DNA from: Rhodanobacter sp. | GTDB lineage: Bacteria > Pseudomonadota > Gammaproteobacteria > Xanthomonadales > Rhodanobacteraceae | NCBI GenBank assembly: GCA_039935315.1 | Contig: JBDTKM010000345.1 | Coordinates: forward strand, 1 to 60,102 | Length of the DNA stretch: 60,102 nt | Reading direction: 5' to 3' | Shown here: in pieces, positions 26,443-37,037 of the stretch | Numbering within the stretch: position 1 is the stretch's first letter | Layout of the letters: each line of letters starts with the position of its first letter | Program-made: the position numbers and the translations under genes | The notes under the pieces: model-generated | Seen by the model: only the letters and a program-made list of their open reading frames with translations | Told to the model about the DNA's origin: nothing | Database searches by the model: none

Positions 26443-28878
26443 ATGCTTTCGAACGCTGCACTCACACGAACCCTGCTTGGGGTAGTGATCTCGCTGGCTT
26501 GTTCCGGGGTCAACGCACAAGACAACGCACCTGCGTCATCGAACAGCGACACCGCCCCGACGCTGGCGAAGAAAGACACCACCAACCTGTCTGCGGTGGT
26601 TGTCACCACCGGCACGCGCGCCTTGAATCGCACCGAGGTGGACTCACTGGCACCCGTCGACGTGCTCTCGCAGGCCGACCTCAAGGCCACTGGCGCGCCC
26701 AATCTGAGCATGGCGCTGCGCACCTTGCTGCCATCGATCAACTTCGCGCAACCCTCGAACGTGGATGCCACCGAAGCAGTACGCCCGGTGCAATTGCGCG
26801 GCTTGTCGCCGGATGAAGCGCTGGTGCTGATCAACGGCAAACGCCAGCACAGCACGTCGGTGCTGGGCGTCGACGACGAGTCGTATGCCAGTGGTTCCTC
26901 GGGGGTCGACCTGGATGCGATTCCGATGAATGCGATCGACCATGTCGAAGTCCTGCGCGACGGTGCAGCCGCGCAGTACGGTTCGGACGCCATTGCGGGT
27001 GTCATCAACATCATCCTCAAGGGCGGCGCCGAGCACGGCTCGGTCAGCGTGACTCACGGCCAGTACAGCGCCGGCGATGGCAGCACGTGGCAGGGCAGTG
27101 CAGACGGCGGCTTTGATCTGGGCCCGCATGGCTGGGTGCACCTGAGCGTGAATGAGCAGCACCAGGATCCGACCAATCGTGCGGGCGCGGACGTGCGGTT
27201 TCCGGGCGATCCCACGTACGGCAAGGTGACCTTCCACGACGGTCTGCCGTTGGCCAGCTCCAAGCAGGGCGCGGTCAACTTCCAGTACGACCTGACGCCA
27301 AACGCGCAGTTGTACGGGTTCCTGATGTTCAGCAAGCGCAACGTCAGCGGCCACGGTTATTTCCGCTCGTTGTCAGCGTACAAGGACGACAACCCGGCCG
27401 CGGTTGCGGTGTACCCCAGTGGCTATCTGCCCACCGAAAACAGCGCCCTGCGCGACGATTCGGAAGTCCTCGGCCTGCGCGGCACAACGATTGGCGATTG
27501 GCATTACGACCTCAGCGCCAACGAGGGCGGCAGTCACTGGAAATTGCACACTGCCGATACGTTCAACTATTCCCTCGGAGCGGAGTCACCCACGGGGTTC
27601 TATATCGGCACCACCGCCAGCCGGAACAAGATCCTGAATGCCGATTTCAGCCGAAGCTTCCGACCCGGCTGGTTGCAGAATCCGTTGACCGTAGCCTGGG
27701 GACTGGAATACCGCGACGAGACGTATGCGCTGAAGGACGGCGATCCGACGTCCTACTTTGGTGAGGGCGCCCAAGTCTTCCCAGGCTTCCAGCCCGGTGA
27801 TGCAAGCTCCCATTCCCGCCAGAACAAGGCCGCCTACATCGACCTGGAAACTGACCTGACCAGCAAGCTGACCGCCGAGCTTGCCGGACGTTACGAGCAT
27901 TACAGCGATTTCGGCAATGCCAAGCCGCTGAGCCTGTCCGGCCGCTACGCGTTTACCGACACGCTGGCCTTGCGCGGCACCGTGGCCACCGGTTTTCGCG
28001 CCCCGTCGTTGGCGCAATCCTGGTACTCCAGCACGTCACTCAACTCGTTCAACGATCCGGTCACCGGCAAGCAGTATCTGGCGGCCGAGCACACTTTCCC
28101 GGTGAACAATCCGGCGGCGATAGCACTGGGCGCGCAACCGCTGAAGGCAGAAAAATCGCACAACTACAGCCTTGGTCTGGTGTTCACGCCGCTCAATGGG
28201 CTGTACGCCACACTGGATGTCTATCAGATCAGCATCGCCGACCGCATCCGCTCCAGCAGTTTCCTCACCGGCCCGGAGGTGCAGGACTATCTGACCTCGG
28301 TGGGGATCCCGTTCGTGGCGGGCGGTGCGTTTTTCACCAACGCCGTCAGCACGCGCACGCGCGGTGGGGACCTGGTGGTCACCTTTCCGTTTGACCTGGG
28401 CAACGACGGCACGCTCAAGCTCACCGGCGGTATCAACTACAACAAGACCGACGTCACCAGGATCAAGCCGAACCCGCCACAGCTGGGCCTGGTCGGTCTT
28501 GTCCTGCCGGTGGTGGACAACTCGACCTTGCTGTTGCTCACCGACAGCACGCCGAAAACCAAGATGTTCATGGGCGCAACCTGGCAAGTGGGCGACTGGG
28601 CGGTGAACGGCACGCTTACCCGCTATGGGACCTTCGTGGTGCCCGGCACGACGGCGATCAGCAACCAGTCGTTTCCGGCGCGTTACGTGCTCGATGCGAG
28701 CGCCAGTTACCGTCGGGACCGATGGATGTTTACCGTCGGTGCCAATGATCTCAACGACGCGTATCCCGGCAAAAACAACGCCGACAACAATTTCGACGGT
28801 ATCTTTGTCTATCCGCACCGATCGCCGATGGGCGACGGCGGGGCGTACCTCTACGCTACGGCGACGTATAGCTGGTAG
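26443..28878 (+). CDS. TonB-dependent receptor
   Basis: Signal peptide, VVVTTGTR, LRGLSPDEALVLINGKR, EVLRDGAAAQYGSDAIAGVINIIL, terminal ATYSW. Start set at ATG 26443 (AGGA RBS). Confidence 0.92.
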   Translation: MLSNAALTRTLLGVVISLACSGVNAQDNAPASSNSDTAPTLAKKDTTNLSAVVVTTGTRALNRTEVDSLAPVDVLSQADLKATGAPNLSMALRTLLPSINFAQPSNVDATEAVRPVQLRGLSPDEALVLINGKRQHSTSVLGVDDESYASGSSGVDLDAIPMNAIDHVEVLRDGAAAQYGSDAIAGVINIILKGGAEHGSVSVTHGQYSAGDGSTWQGSADGGFDLGPHGWVHLSVNEQHQDPTNRAGADVRFPGDPTYGKVTFHDGLPLASSKQGAVNFQYDLTPNAQLYGFLMFSKRNVSGHGYFRSLSAYKDDNPAAVAVYPSGYLPTENSALRDDSEVLGLRGTTIGDWHYDLSANEGGSHWKLHTADTFNYSLGAESPTGFYIGTTASRNKILNADFSRSFRPGWLQNPLTVAWGLEYRDETYALKDGDPTSYFGEGAQVFPGFQPGDASSHSRQNKAAYIDLETDLTSKLTAELAGRYEHYSDFGNAKPLSLSGRYAFTDTLALRGTVATGFRAPSLAQSWYSSTSLNSFNDPVTGKQYLAAEHTFPVNNPAAIALGAQPLKAEKSHNYSLGLVFTPLNGLYATLDVYQISIADRIRSSSFLTGPEVQDYLTSVGIPFVAGGAFFTNAVSTRTRGGDLVVTFPFDLGNDGTLKLTGGINYNKTDVTRIKPNPPQLGLVGLVLPVVDNSTLLLLTDSTPKTKMFMGATWQVGDWAVNGTLTRYGTFVVPGTTAISNQSFPARYVLDASASYRRDRWMFTVGANDLNDAYPGKNNADNNFDGIFVYPHRSPMGDGGAYLYATATYSW

Positions 28879-28959
28879 CGATCCATGCGCGCGTGGCGGG
28901 TGCGCAGCCAGCACACCGTCACACCGTTCCTCGTCTGAACCTTCGCCAGGAGATGTGTG

Positions 28960-30762
28960 ATGCGCTCTATCCGTCCGTTGCTTGCTGCCGTCGTATTGGT
29001 TTCCGCCACTGCCTTCGCCGCCGATACGCCGATCAACGGCTTTCCGCCGCCCCTGCTGCCCGCCGATCTGGTGCTGCACGATGCGGTGATCACCACGCTG
29101 GATCCGTTACAGCCGCAGGTGCAGGCATTGGCGGTGCGCGGGGGGAAAATCCTTGCGTTGGGCAGCGACGTCGCGATCGCGCATTACATCGGCGCGCAGA
29201 CCAAGGTGCTGGACCTGCACGGTGCCTTCGTCACGCCAGGCTTCATCGAGGGCCACGGACACCTGATGGGAACCGGTCAATCGCTGATGCAGCTCAAGCT
29301 GGGTGAGGCGCCCAACTGGGATGCCGTGGTGGCCATGGTCAAGGCGGCGGTGGCCAAGGCCAAACCCGGGCAGTGGATCCTTGGCTCCGGCTGGCAGCAG
29401 GCCAAGTGGGACAAGGTGCCGCAACCGAACGTGGGCGGCGTGCCACTGCCGGCCAGCCTGGACGCGATTTCACCGGACAATCCGGTGCTGCTCAATCACG
29501 CCAGCGGCCACGCGATCTACGCCAACGCCAAGGCACTGAAACTGGCCGGCATCACCCGCGACACGCCGGACCCGGCGGGTGGCAGCATCGTGCGCGATAC
29601 GCACGGTGACGCCATCGGCATGTTGCGCGATACGGCGGAAGACCCGGTGTACCAGGCCTACAGTCATTACCTTTCGACGCTGCCGCCCGCGACCCTGGCC
29701 GCGCGCCGCAAACGCGTTTTGCAACTGGCTGTGCAAAACGAGATCAGCAAGGGCATCACCTCTTTCGTCGACATGGGCGAGGACTTCGAGACGATCGATT
29801 GGCTCAAGCAGCAGGCTGGCGCCGGTCTGCCGCTGCGTCTGTACGTCAACATCAACGGCGAGTCCGTCGCGGCGCTGGACAAGGACCTGACCAAGTACCG
29901 CACCGTTGGCTACGCCGACAACCACTTCACCGTGCGCGGCATTGGCGAGATCCTCTCCGACGGCGCGCTGGGCACGCGCAGCGCGTGGTTTCTGAAACCG
30001 TACAGCGATGCGCCCGAAATCACCGGCAAGAATGTCACCTCGATGAGCGACATCACCCAGATCGCGAAGATCGCGGCGCGCGATGGCTTCCAGCTGTCCG
30101 TGCACGCCATCGGCGACCGCGCCAACCAGGAGACGCTGAATGTGTTCCAGAAAATATTCAGCGCCGACCCGGCCGCACCCGCATTGCGCTGGCGCATCGA
30201 GCACGCCCAGCATCTGGATCCCGCCGACATTCCGCGCTTTGCCCAGATGGGTGTGATCGCCTCGATGCAATCCATCCACACCTGTTCGGACGCGCCGATG
30301 GTGGTGGCGCGCCTCGGCGAGAAACGCGCGCAGGAAGGCGCATACATGTGGCATACCCTGATCGAGAGCGGCGCCATCGTGCTGGACGGCACCGACACCG
30401 ACGTCGAGGATACCAACCCGATTCCGAACTTCTACTGCGGTGTGACCCGCGCCTATGGCCACGGCAAGACGTTCTTCCCGGCGCAGGTGAAGACACCCAT
30501 GCAGGAGCTGCGTTCGTATACCTGGAACAACGCCTACGCGCTGTTCGAAGACCACCAGCTTGGCTCGCTGACACCCGGCAAGCTGGCCGACATCACCGTG
30601 TTTTCGGGCAACCTGCTCAGCATGCCGGCGGAGCAGGTGCTGCGCACCCGCGTGCTGTACACCATCGTGGGCGGCAAGGTGGTGTACCAGCGTACAGGCG
30701 CGGATGCGTGGCGCAGCGGTGAGACGTTCAAGCCGATGCCGGAGTTCAACCACGTCAACTGA
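28960..30762 (+). CDS. Exported metal-dependent amidohydrolase (YtcJ-like, Amidohydro_3)
   Basis: TPGFIEGHGH, DGALGTRSA, VHAIGD, RIEHAQ, GTD and GSLTPGKLAD; signal peptide; AGGAG RBS. Confidence 0.9.
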   Translation: MRSIRPLLAAVVLVSATAFAADTPINGFPPPLLPADLVLHDAVITTLDPLQPQVQALAVRGGKILALGSDVAIAHYIGAQTKVLDLHGAFVTPGFIEGHGHLMGTGQSLMQLKLGEAPNWDAVVAMVKAAVAKAKPGQWILGSGWQQAKWDKVPQPNVGGVPLPASLDAISPDNPVLLNHASGHAIYANAKALKLAGITRDTPDPAGGSIVRDTHGDAIGMLRDTAEDPVYQAYSHYLSTLPPATLAARRKRVLQLAVQNEISKGITSFVDMGEDFETIDWLKQQAGAGLPLRLYVNINGESVAALDKDLTKYRTVGYADNHFTVRGIGEILSDGALGTRSAWFLKPYSDAPEITGKNVTSMSDITQIAKIAARDGFQLSVHAIGDRANQETLNVFQKIFSADPAAPALRWRIEHAQHLDPADIPRFAQMGVIASMQSIHTCSDAPMVVARLGEKRAQEGAYMWHTLIESGAIVLDGTDTDVEDTNPIPNFYCGVTRAYGHGKTFFPAQVKTPMQELRSYTWNNAYALFEDHQLGSLTPGKLADITVFSGNLLSMPAEQVLRTRVLYTIVGGKVVYQRTGADAWRSGETFKPMPEFNHVN

Positions 30763-30871
30763 AGGAAGGATCAGCATCCCCGCGTCCTCGTGCGCGGCCG
30801 TTCGGCATCGGCGGCAAGGTCCGCATCAAACAACATGACGATGCCAGGCGGTCTCGGTCTGCCGCTGGATT

Positions 30872-30981
30872 TTCATCAAGGAACTACAGCGCCGCCGCAT
30901 TGAGCAGCGTCGGGGCATGCAACCGCGCGAAGTGACCTGGGTTGGACAGACAAGCAAACCGGCGCCGGTGATCGTGACGGT
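30872..30981 (-). pseudogene. Decayed 3' end of an alpha/beta hydrolase gene
   Basis: With one frameshift it reads TVTITGAGLLV/SNPGHFARLHAPTLLNAAAL*FLDE, resembling the catalytic-His C-terminus of alpha/beta hydrolases; contains an in-frame TAG. Confidence 0.5.
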
Positions 30982-31156
30982 GTAGTGCCGGCGTGCGCCA
31001 TGGGCTTGCACGTGGCCTTGCCGCACCACGCTGACTGTCAAGCAGCCAGCGGTGGGCTTTGTCGAGCCGCGGCCTGAAGGCCGCTGGTATGGGCAGCTTG
31101 ATCAGCAAACCACCGGCGAGAGGTTGCCGTTGCTGCTTTGGCGGCTCGATTCCTCC

Positions 31157-33151
31157 TCAATGAACGGGCGCTTCCACCGCCATGGCTGTCGGCACCACCG
31201 TCAGCGTGATCGACGACGGATGCTGGCGGTCATGATGAACAGCGTTGTGCGCCACCACCCAGGTCGTCTCGCTGTAATTGTCGCCGCCCGTGTTGAGGTT
31301 GCGGTCGAAGCGCGGGAAGTTGCTGCTGGACACGGCCACCCGCAACTTGTGCCCGGGCTTGAAGTAGTAGCTGGTATCGATCGGCTGGAAGGTCACCTTG
31401 TAGATCTTGTCCGGCTGCATCCAGGTCGGCGCCTTGTCGTAGCCCTCGCGCCAGCGCATGCGCTGGATGTTCTCGGTGATGTTGTAGGCCTTGCCGTCCG
31501 GATGGACGTCCATCACCTTGAACGTGAAATCGGTATCTTTCGCACTGGAGGACACGTACAGGGTAACCGTGATCGGGCCGCTGGCTTCCACACCGTGCGC
31601 AAACGGCTGGGTGTCATAGACCAGGATGTCGTTGCGGGTTTCGTGTTCGGTCTGGTCGAAGGAACCGAACTTCACCGCGTCACCCTGGCAGCAGCCGCCA
31701 CCGCCGAAAGTGCGCACCGGGTTGGCCGGATCGTAAATGAACTTGTCCGGCCGGTCGGCAGCGTCCGCCTGTGCCACCAGTTTGCCGTCGCCATACAAGG
31801 TATTGGCATGACCTGCGCTGCTGAAATAGAAGCTGCGCGGGGCCGCACCGGCTGGCGGCCACGTGTCTGAGTGTTTCCACTCGTTGGCCCCCATCAGGTA
31901 GTACATCACCTTCGGCTGCCTTTCGAGAATGCCGTTGGCTTCGCCCTTGAGGAAATGATCGAACCAGCCGTACACCAGCTTGTCGTAGTCGAAACGCGCA
32001 TCGCCCACATCAAGGTCACCGATCATGGTGTGCTCGGTGGCACGGGTATAGGCGCAATGCAATACCGGTGCGATGACCGCGTATTGCTCATCGGCGATTC
32101 GCTTCGGCGCGGTGCGCCGCACCGCGTTGTACGCGGCCAGATTCGGTGACACCGACACGTCGAACCAGCTCATGAACCAGAGCCCCGGCTTGCTGATCGG
32201 CATGTTCTCATGCCACAAGCCGCCCTTGTACCAGGCCGCTGAATTGGGCGTGCGCGCAACCATGTTGCCGCCAGTGGGCACCGGCATCGCGGTGTCGAAA
32301 ATGCCAGGCGGACCGCCGACCGACTTGATGATGTCCTTCACCGGCAGATGCCAGAACGCCTTGTCCCAGTTGACCGGCGGCATCTGCGGATCCAGGTCGA
32401 ACATCTTCGAGGCGAGGATCAAGTCCTGCTGCGAAGTGGTCGCAGGGAACATCGGGCGAGTCTGGTTCTGCTGCGTGTACAGCCAGTCGATGAACAGCAT
32501 CTGCATGGCGCCGCCGCGATACCAGTTGCCCTGTTCGTAGTACGGACCGACCCGGCCGATACCGGCACCGAAGCCCTGCACGTTGAACGTGGCCAGACCC
32601 GGATCATTGCGGGCGACCACCCCCAGCTGCCACTCCGCGGTGGAGGAACAACCGGTCGTGCCGATCTTGCCGTTGGACCACGGCTGCGAGCTCATCCAGT
32701 TGATCGCGTCGGAACCGTCGGTTCGCGGCGCGCCAAGGATCTCGTAGTTGCCTTGCGAGAAGAAGTGCCCGCGCTCGTTCATCACAATGTAGGCGTAGCC
32801 GTGTTGCACGGCCTCCAGCGCGCTGCTCATGTTGCCGGGCGCACCGAGTGTGACGTCCCAGTAATTGAAGTTGTACGGGGTGCGCACGAAGATGATCGGC
32901 ACCTTGCCGGTGGCGTTCTTCGGCCGGTAAACGTCGGCTGCCATCAGCTTGCCGTCACGCATCTTCACCATCACCTTGCGCTCGATGATGGCAATCTTTT
33001 CCAGCGCCTTTTCGGTGGCATCGCGCTTGGCAATGAGCTGTTGTGTGGGCCCGTCACCCGATTGGGCAAGGACCGGCGCACTCAGCAGCAACGACAGGCC
33101 CAGCACGCCCAGGCTGGTGGAAAGAACCGAAACCAGCCGCATTGAATGCAT
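31157..33151 (-). CDS. Exported CocE/NonD-family (peptidase S15) serine hydrolase
   Basis: [34 protein letters not shown] nucleophile and [15 protein letters not shown]. Confidence 0.9.
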   Translation of the reverse strand: MHSMRLVSVLSTSLGVLGLSLLLSAPVLAQSGDGPTQQLIAKRDATEKALEKIAIIERKVMVKMRDGKLMAADVYRPKNATGKVPIIFVRTPYNFNYWDVTLGAPGNMSSALEAVQHGYAYIVMNERGHFFSQGNYEILGAPRTDGSDAINWMSSQPWSNGKIGTTGCSSTAEWQLGVVARNDPGLATFNVQGFGAGIGRVGPYYEQGNWYRGGAMQMLFIDWLYTQQNQTRPMFPATTSQQDLILASKMFDLDPQMPPVNWDKAFWHLPVKDIIKSVGGPPGIFDTAMPVPTGGNMVARTPNSAAWYKGGLWHENMPISKPGLWFMSWFDVSVSPNLAAYNAVRRTAPKRIADEQYAVIAPVLHCAYTRATEHTMIGDLDVGDARFDYDKLVYGWFDHFLKGEANGILERQPKVMYYLMGANEWKHSDTWPPAGAAPRSFYFSSAGHANTLYGDGKLVAQADAADRPDKFIYDPANPVRTFGGGGCCQGDAVKFGSFDQTEHETRNDILVYDTQPFAHGVEASGPITVTLYVSSSAKDTDFTFKVMDVHPDGKAYNITENIQRMRWREGYDKAPTWMQPDKIYKVTFQPIDTSYYFKPGHKLRVAVSSSNFPRFDRNLNTGGDNYSETTWVVAHNAVHHDRQHPSSITLTVVPTAMAVEAPVH

Positions 33152-33261
33152 GTGCCATCCCCTTGTCGGTGCGCAAACGTGTGCGTCGCGGAGATGCAGA
33201 GTATCCCAGGCGACAAGCGAGCAGCTGCGCGCCGCTGGCGGGTGGCCGGTTCAGGGCCGGC

Positions 33262-35385
33262 TTACCGCTGCGGATGCAGCTGCTCGGTGAAGAATTGCGC
33301 AGTCGCCTCGTCCACCCGCAGCCAGCTCGCATGGCGCAGGAAGTCGTGGATCTCGTTGGGCAGGACCAGTTGCTGGTACGGCACGTTCTGTTTATCCAGT
33401 CGCTGCACCAGATCCACCATCTGGTCAAACGGAACGTTGCGGTCATCGTCGCCCTGCACCACCAGCACCGGTGAGGTCCATTTGGCAATGTCGGCGTCGG
33501 GCGATGATTCCCACGCGACCTTCAGCGCCTGCTGGCGGTCACCCTGCTCGTAGCGCGTCTTCGCCTTGCCGTTCCAGTCGTCAAACAGGGCCGACCAGTC
33601 ATGCACGCCGTGCAGGTCCACCCCGGCCTTGAAGATGTCCGAGTCGCGAGCCAGCGCCAGGGCGGTGAGGTAACCACCATAGGAGCCGCCCCAGATGCCG
33701 ATACGGCTTGGATCGACGCCGTTCAGATCCTGCAGGTACTTGGCGCCGGCTACCACGTCCTGGTATTCGGAGGCCCCGCTCGGTCCGGCATGTTCCGGGA
33801 AATGGAAGGCGTGACCGTAGCCGATGCCAAGACGGTAGTTCACCGACAGCACCACGAAGCCGTGATTGGCCAGGTACTGGTTCACCGCATAGGCGTTGCC
33901 GTAGTAGCTCCAGTTGTGCCAGCCGAGAACCATCTGTCGCGGCGGGCCACCGTGCACGAAGATCACGGCCGGTTTGGCCGCGCCACCATGCGCGCCCTGG
34001 AACAACTGGCCATGGATCGTCCAGCCGTCGGCGGCCTTGAAGGTCACCGCTTGCGGCACGACGAGCTGGTCTGCCGGGAAGTTGCCGGGGATCTGGTCGG
34101 CGTTGAGCGCGTGCGCGTCGGCACCGCGGGTCGATGCCACGACGACCAGCGGCGGACGCCTGGCGCCGGACTGCAGGAAGGCGAGGTGCTTGCCGTCACC
34201 GGTGACGACTGGCAGCCATTCGATCGTCGCGCCCGACGTCAACGCCTGCGGACGTGCCGCATCCACCGGCACGCGATACAGGTGACGGCGATCGCCATCG
34301 CCCGGTGTCGAACCGGTGTTGGCGTTGTAGACCAGGTAGCGACGATCCGGACTCAGGCTGATGAACTCGGCCATGAACTTGCCCGGGGTCAGCAACAAGG
34401 CATCACCGCCGCCGGCCGCCACCGAATACAGATGCGGCCAGCCGTCCATGTCGCCGAGGAACACCAGGCGATCACCGGCGCCCCAGTGCAGGTTGTCCGC
34501 GCCTTCGGTCTGCGGATACGAACCGTCGAGCCGATCCGGACTGTGCCACACCACATGACCTGCACCACTGGAGGCGTCGGCAACCCAGATCGACCACGGT
34601 TGCGGGGTCAGCTGCAGCAGTGGCTTGGGCGCCCCGCCCTGACCGGGCTGGCGCACAAAGGCGATCCGCGTTCCGTCCGGCGACCAGTGCGGCGAGCCGT
34701 CCAGACTGGTGTTCGGTGCCAGATAAACGAGCGGCTGGTCGGCGCTGCGGAACACGCCGATGTAGGCGTGATCATCGCGCGCGGAGACGAAGGCCAGTCT
34801 GCTGCCGTCAGGCGACCAACTCAGCGAACCATCCTCGCCGCGATCAAACACCAGTGCTTTCGGTTTGCCCTGGCCATCGAGCGCCGCGGTCCAGATCTGA
34901 TGCTTGCTGATGTAGGCGAGTCGGTTCGTGCTGGACACCGCCGGCCCATCGCCGTCCGCGACCTTGACCAGTTTGCCGCTGTCCAGCGCGATCGACCAGA
35001 TCGTCACCTGCGGCTCGACCGGCGTGGACGTCGGATCGGGTGCCAGATTGCCCTTGGCCGGCCAATTGGCATCGTGGTCGCCGCCCCGTACATAGAGCAG
35101 GTAAGCGCCATCCGGCGAGAAGGTGAGCTGGGTCAGTTCCTGGCCATCGTCGCTGCTGTACCTGGTCACCTGGTGTGGCGTGAAGTCCGGTCCGGCAGCG
35201 ACCCAGATGTTGCGCACCCCCTGCTTGTCGAGCACCCAGGCAAGGCGATTGCCCTGCTTGGCGGCGACCAGCCCGGAGGGGTAGGGCACGTTGGTGACCT
35301 GCGCCATGCTGAAGCTGCCGTGCGCCGCCACGGCAAAGGTCCCGGCGCTGAAGAGCAGGGCGAATAAACACAGCAGCTTTTTCAC
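33262..35385 (-). CDS. Exported S9-family peptidase with N-terminal beta-propeller
   Basis: WSPDG repeats, HGGP, GGSYGG, DDRNV and EIHDF triad; GTGA overlap with the upstream gene. Confidence 0.92.
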   Translation of the reverse strand: MKKLLCLFALLFSAGTFAVAAHGSFSMAQVTNVPYPSGLVAAKQGNRLAWVLDKQGVRNIWVAAGPDFTPHQVTRYSSDDGQELTQLTFSPDGAYLLYVRGGDHDANWPAKGNLAPDPTSTPVEPQVTIWSIALDSGKLVKVADGDGPAVSSTNRLAYISKHQIWTAALDGQGKPKALVFDRGEDGSLSWSPDGSRLAFVSARDDHAYIGVFRSADQPLVYLAPNTSLDGSPHWSPDGTRIAFVRQPGQGGAPKPLLQLTPQPWSIWVADASSGAGHVVWHSPDRLDGSYPQTEGADNLHWGAGDRLVFLGDMDGWPHLYSVAAGGGDALLLTPGKFMAEFISLSPDRRYLVYNANTGSTPGDGDRRHLYRVPVDAARPQALTSGATIEWLPVVTGDGKHLAFLQSGARRPPLVVVASTRGADAHALNADQIPGNFPADQLVVPQAVTFKAADGWTIHGQLFQGAHGGAAKPAVIFVHGGPPRQMVLGWHNWSYYGNAYAVNQYLANHGFVVLSVNYRLGIGYGHAFHFPEHAGPSGASEYQDVVAGAKYLQDLNGVDPSRIGIWGGSYGGYLTALALARDSDIFKAGVDLHGVHDWSALFDDWNGKAKTRYEQGDRQQALKVAWESSPDADIAKWTSPVLVVQGDDDRNVPFDQMVDLVQRLDKQNVPYQQLVLPNEIHDFLRHASWLRVDEATAQFFTEQLHPQR

Positions 35386-36917
35386 TTGGCCATCTCCCGT
35401 GGAGCTTTCGCGCGCTCGAAGTCCAGATCCATTTGCGGCAGGGAAAGCTTGTCCGCCGCGCCTTTGAGATCTTGCCCGAAGGTGACATAGCTATCGCCGT
35501 AATAGCGATAACGCCAGCGGACGCGGAAGCTGTCGTCATGCCAATGCTGCAGATCACCGACGAACGCAGGGTTGTCCAGACGCAGCACGAGATGGCCCTT
35601 TTCCATGGTGACGCTGGCGTTGCCGTTGTAGTCGTCGGCGTAGTTGCCGGTGTATTCAACCAGCGGCAATGGTGGCCGCGAATCCGGCTTGCGGGTGGCC
35701 GTCAATTTGCTGTCATCCAACTTGGCGGCTGCCGCGGCTTTCTGCGTCTGCGCGAACAGCGTCGCGCCGACATCGTCCGGCGGCTGCTGCAGGTACTGCT
35801 GCAGGATGTGCATCACCACCCCGAAGCGCGAACCGCTCTCGGTCATGTTGGTCATCACCATGATGCCCAGGTGCTGATCGGGCACCATCACCATCGCCGA
35901 GGCCATGCCGTCGATGTCGCCAGCGTGCCAGACCAGCTTGTGGCCGGCGTATTCATTCGTCAGCAGGCCGAGACCGTAACTGTAGAAATCACCGCCGGGC
36001 ATCCACGCCTTGATTTCCTGGCCGACCCCGGAATCGGTCGGCACCGGGATTTGCGGGGTTTCCATGGCCGCGACCATCGCCTTGTCGAGCACCGCCTTGC
36101 CGGCGTAGTTGCCGTCAGCAAGCAACATCAACAACCAGTGACTCATGTCGTTGGCGCTGGAATTGATGCCGCCGACCGGCGACATGAGATCCATGTTGTG
36201 CGCCCAGTAACGGCGGATCACCGCCGGCTTCCCATCAACCATGCCATGCGGCGCGGCGACGTCCGACGCGGCAGCGACTTCGGCATCGGTGGTGACGGTT
36301 CGGGTCATCGCGAGCGGCTTGAACAGGTGCTCGGCCACGTAGTGGTCCCAGCTTTCGCCGGTCACCGCCGGAATGAAGCGGGCGGCGGTCAGGAACATGA
36401 CGTTGTTGTAGCAAAAGTGCGCGCGGAAAGCGTAGTCCGGCTTCTGGTAGCGCATGCGCCGGATCACGTCGCTGGCGTCGGAGCTGTACCACATCGCCGG
36501 ATCGCAGTAGCCGCTGCGGTGCGTCAGCAGATCGCGCAGGGTGAGTTCCTGGGTGACATAGGGGCTGCGCAGGCGGAAATCGCTGATGTGATCGGCGACA
36601 TGGGCATCCCAGTCCAGCTTGCCAGCCGAGACCAACGTGCCCAGCGCCGCGGCGGTGAACGACTTGGTGTTCGAGCCGATGTCGAACAGCGTGTCGGCAT
36701 CCACCTTGTCCGGTTTGCCCAGCTCACGCACGCCATAGCCCTTGGCCAGTACCACCTTGCCATCCTTGACCACGGCCACGGCCATGCCGGGCACCTGCCA
36801 CTGCTGCATGGTCTGGCGGACGTAGCCATCGAGGTCGTGCAGTGGTGGCGACGCGAGGGCCTGCACATTCAACAGCACCACCACCAGCGCGCTCAGCGCC
36901 ATCGCCCGAATCCTCAT
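35382..36917 (-). CDS. Exported serine hydrolase of the beta-lactamase class C/PBP-like family with C-terminal DUF3471-like domain
   Basis: SxxK (GSNTKS), YNN and HAG motifs, DLLTHRSG; start set at ATG 36917. Confidence 0.88.
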   Translation of the reverse strand: MRIRAMALSALVVVLLNVQALASPPLHDLDGYVRQTMQQWQVPGMAVAVVKDGKVVLAKGYGVRELGKPDKVDADTLFDIGSNTKSFTAAALGTLVSAGKLDWDAHVADHISDFRLRSPYVTQELTLRDLLTHRSGYCDPAMWYSSDASDVIRRMRYQKPDYAFRAHFCYNNVMFLTAARFIPAVTGESWDHYVAEHLFKPLAMTRTVTTDAEVAAASDVAAPHGMVDGKPAVIRRYWAHNMDLMSPVGGINSSANDMSHWLLMLLADGNYAGKAVLDKAMVAAMETPQIPVPTDSGVGQEIKAWMPGGDFYSYGLGLLTNEYAGHKLVWHAGDIDGMASAMVMVPDQHLGIMVMTNMTESGSRFGVVMHILQQYLQQPPDDVGATLFAQTQKAAAAAKLDDSKLTATRKPDSRPPLPLVEYTGNYADDYNGNASVTMEKGHLVLRLDNPAFVGDLQHWHDDSFRVRWRYRYYGDSYVTFGQDLKGAADKLSLPQMDLDFERAKAPREMAK

Positions 36918-37037
36918 TGAATACCCCTGTCGACGGCTGAGATGCTGTGGCCACAATCCATCTGCCGCTGGTTCCGCGATGTTGGTGAATACCGCCAAGT
37001 ATCCGCCAAGCCATGGCCCGGCAAACTCCCGCGCCCA

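Noticed and set aside
35382-36917. Calling this a beta-lactam resistance gene
   Set aside because: It has HAG instead of KTG and an extra C-terminal domain; this family is mostly amidases/peptidases.
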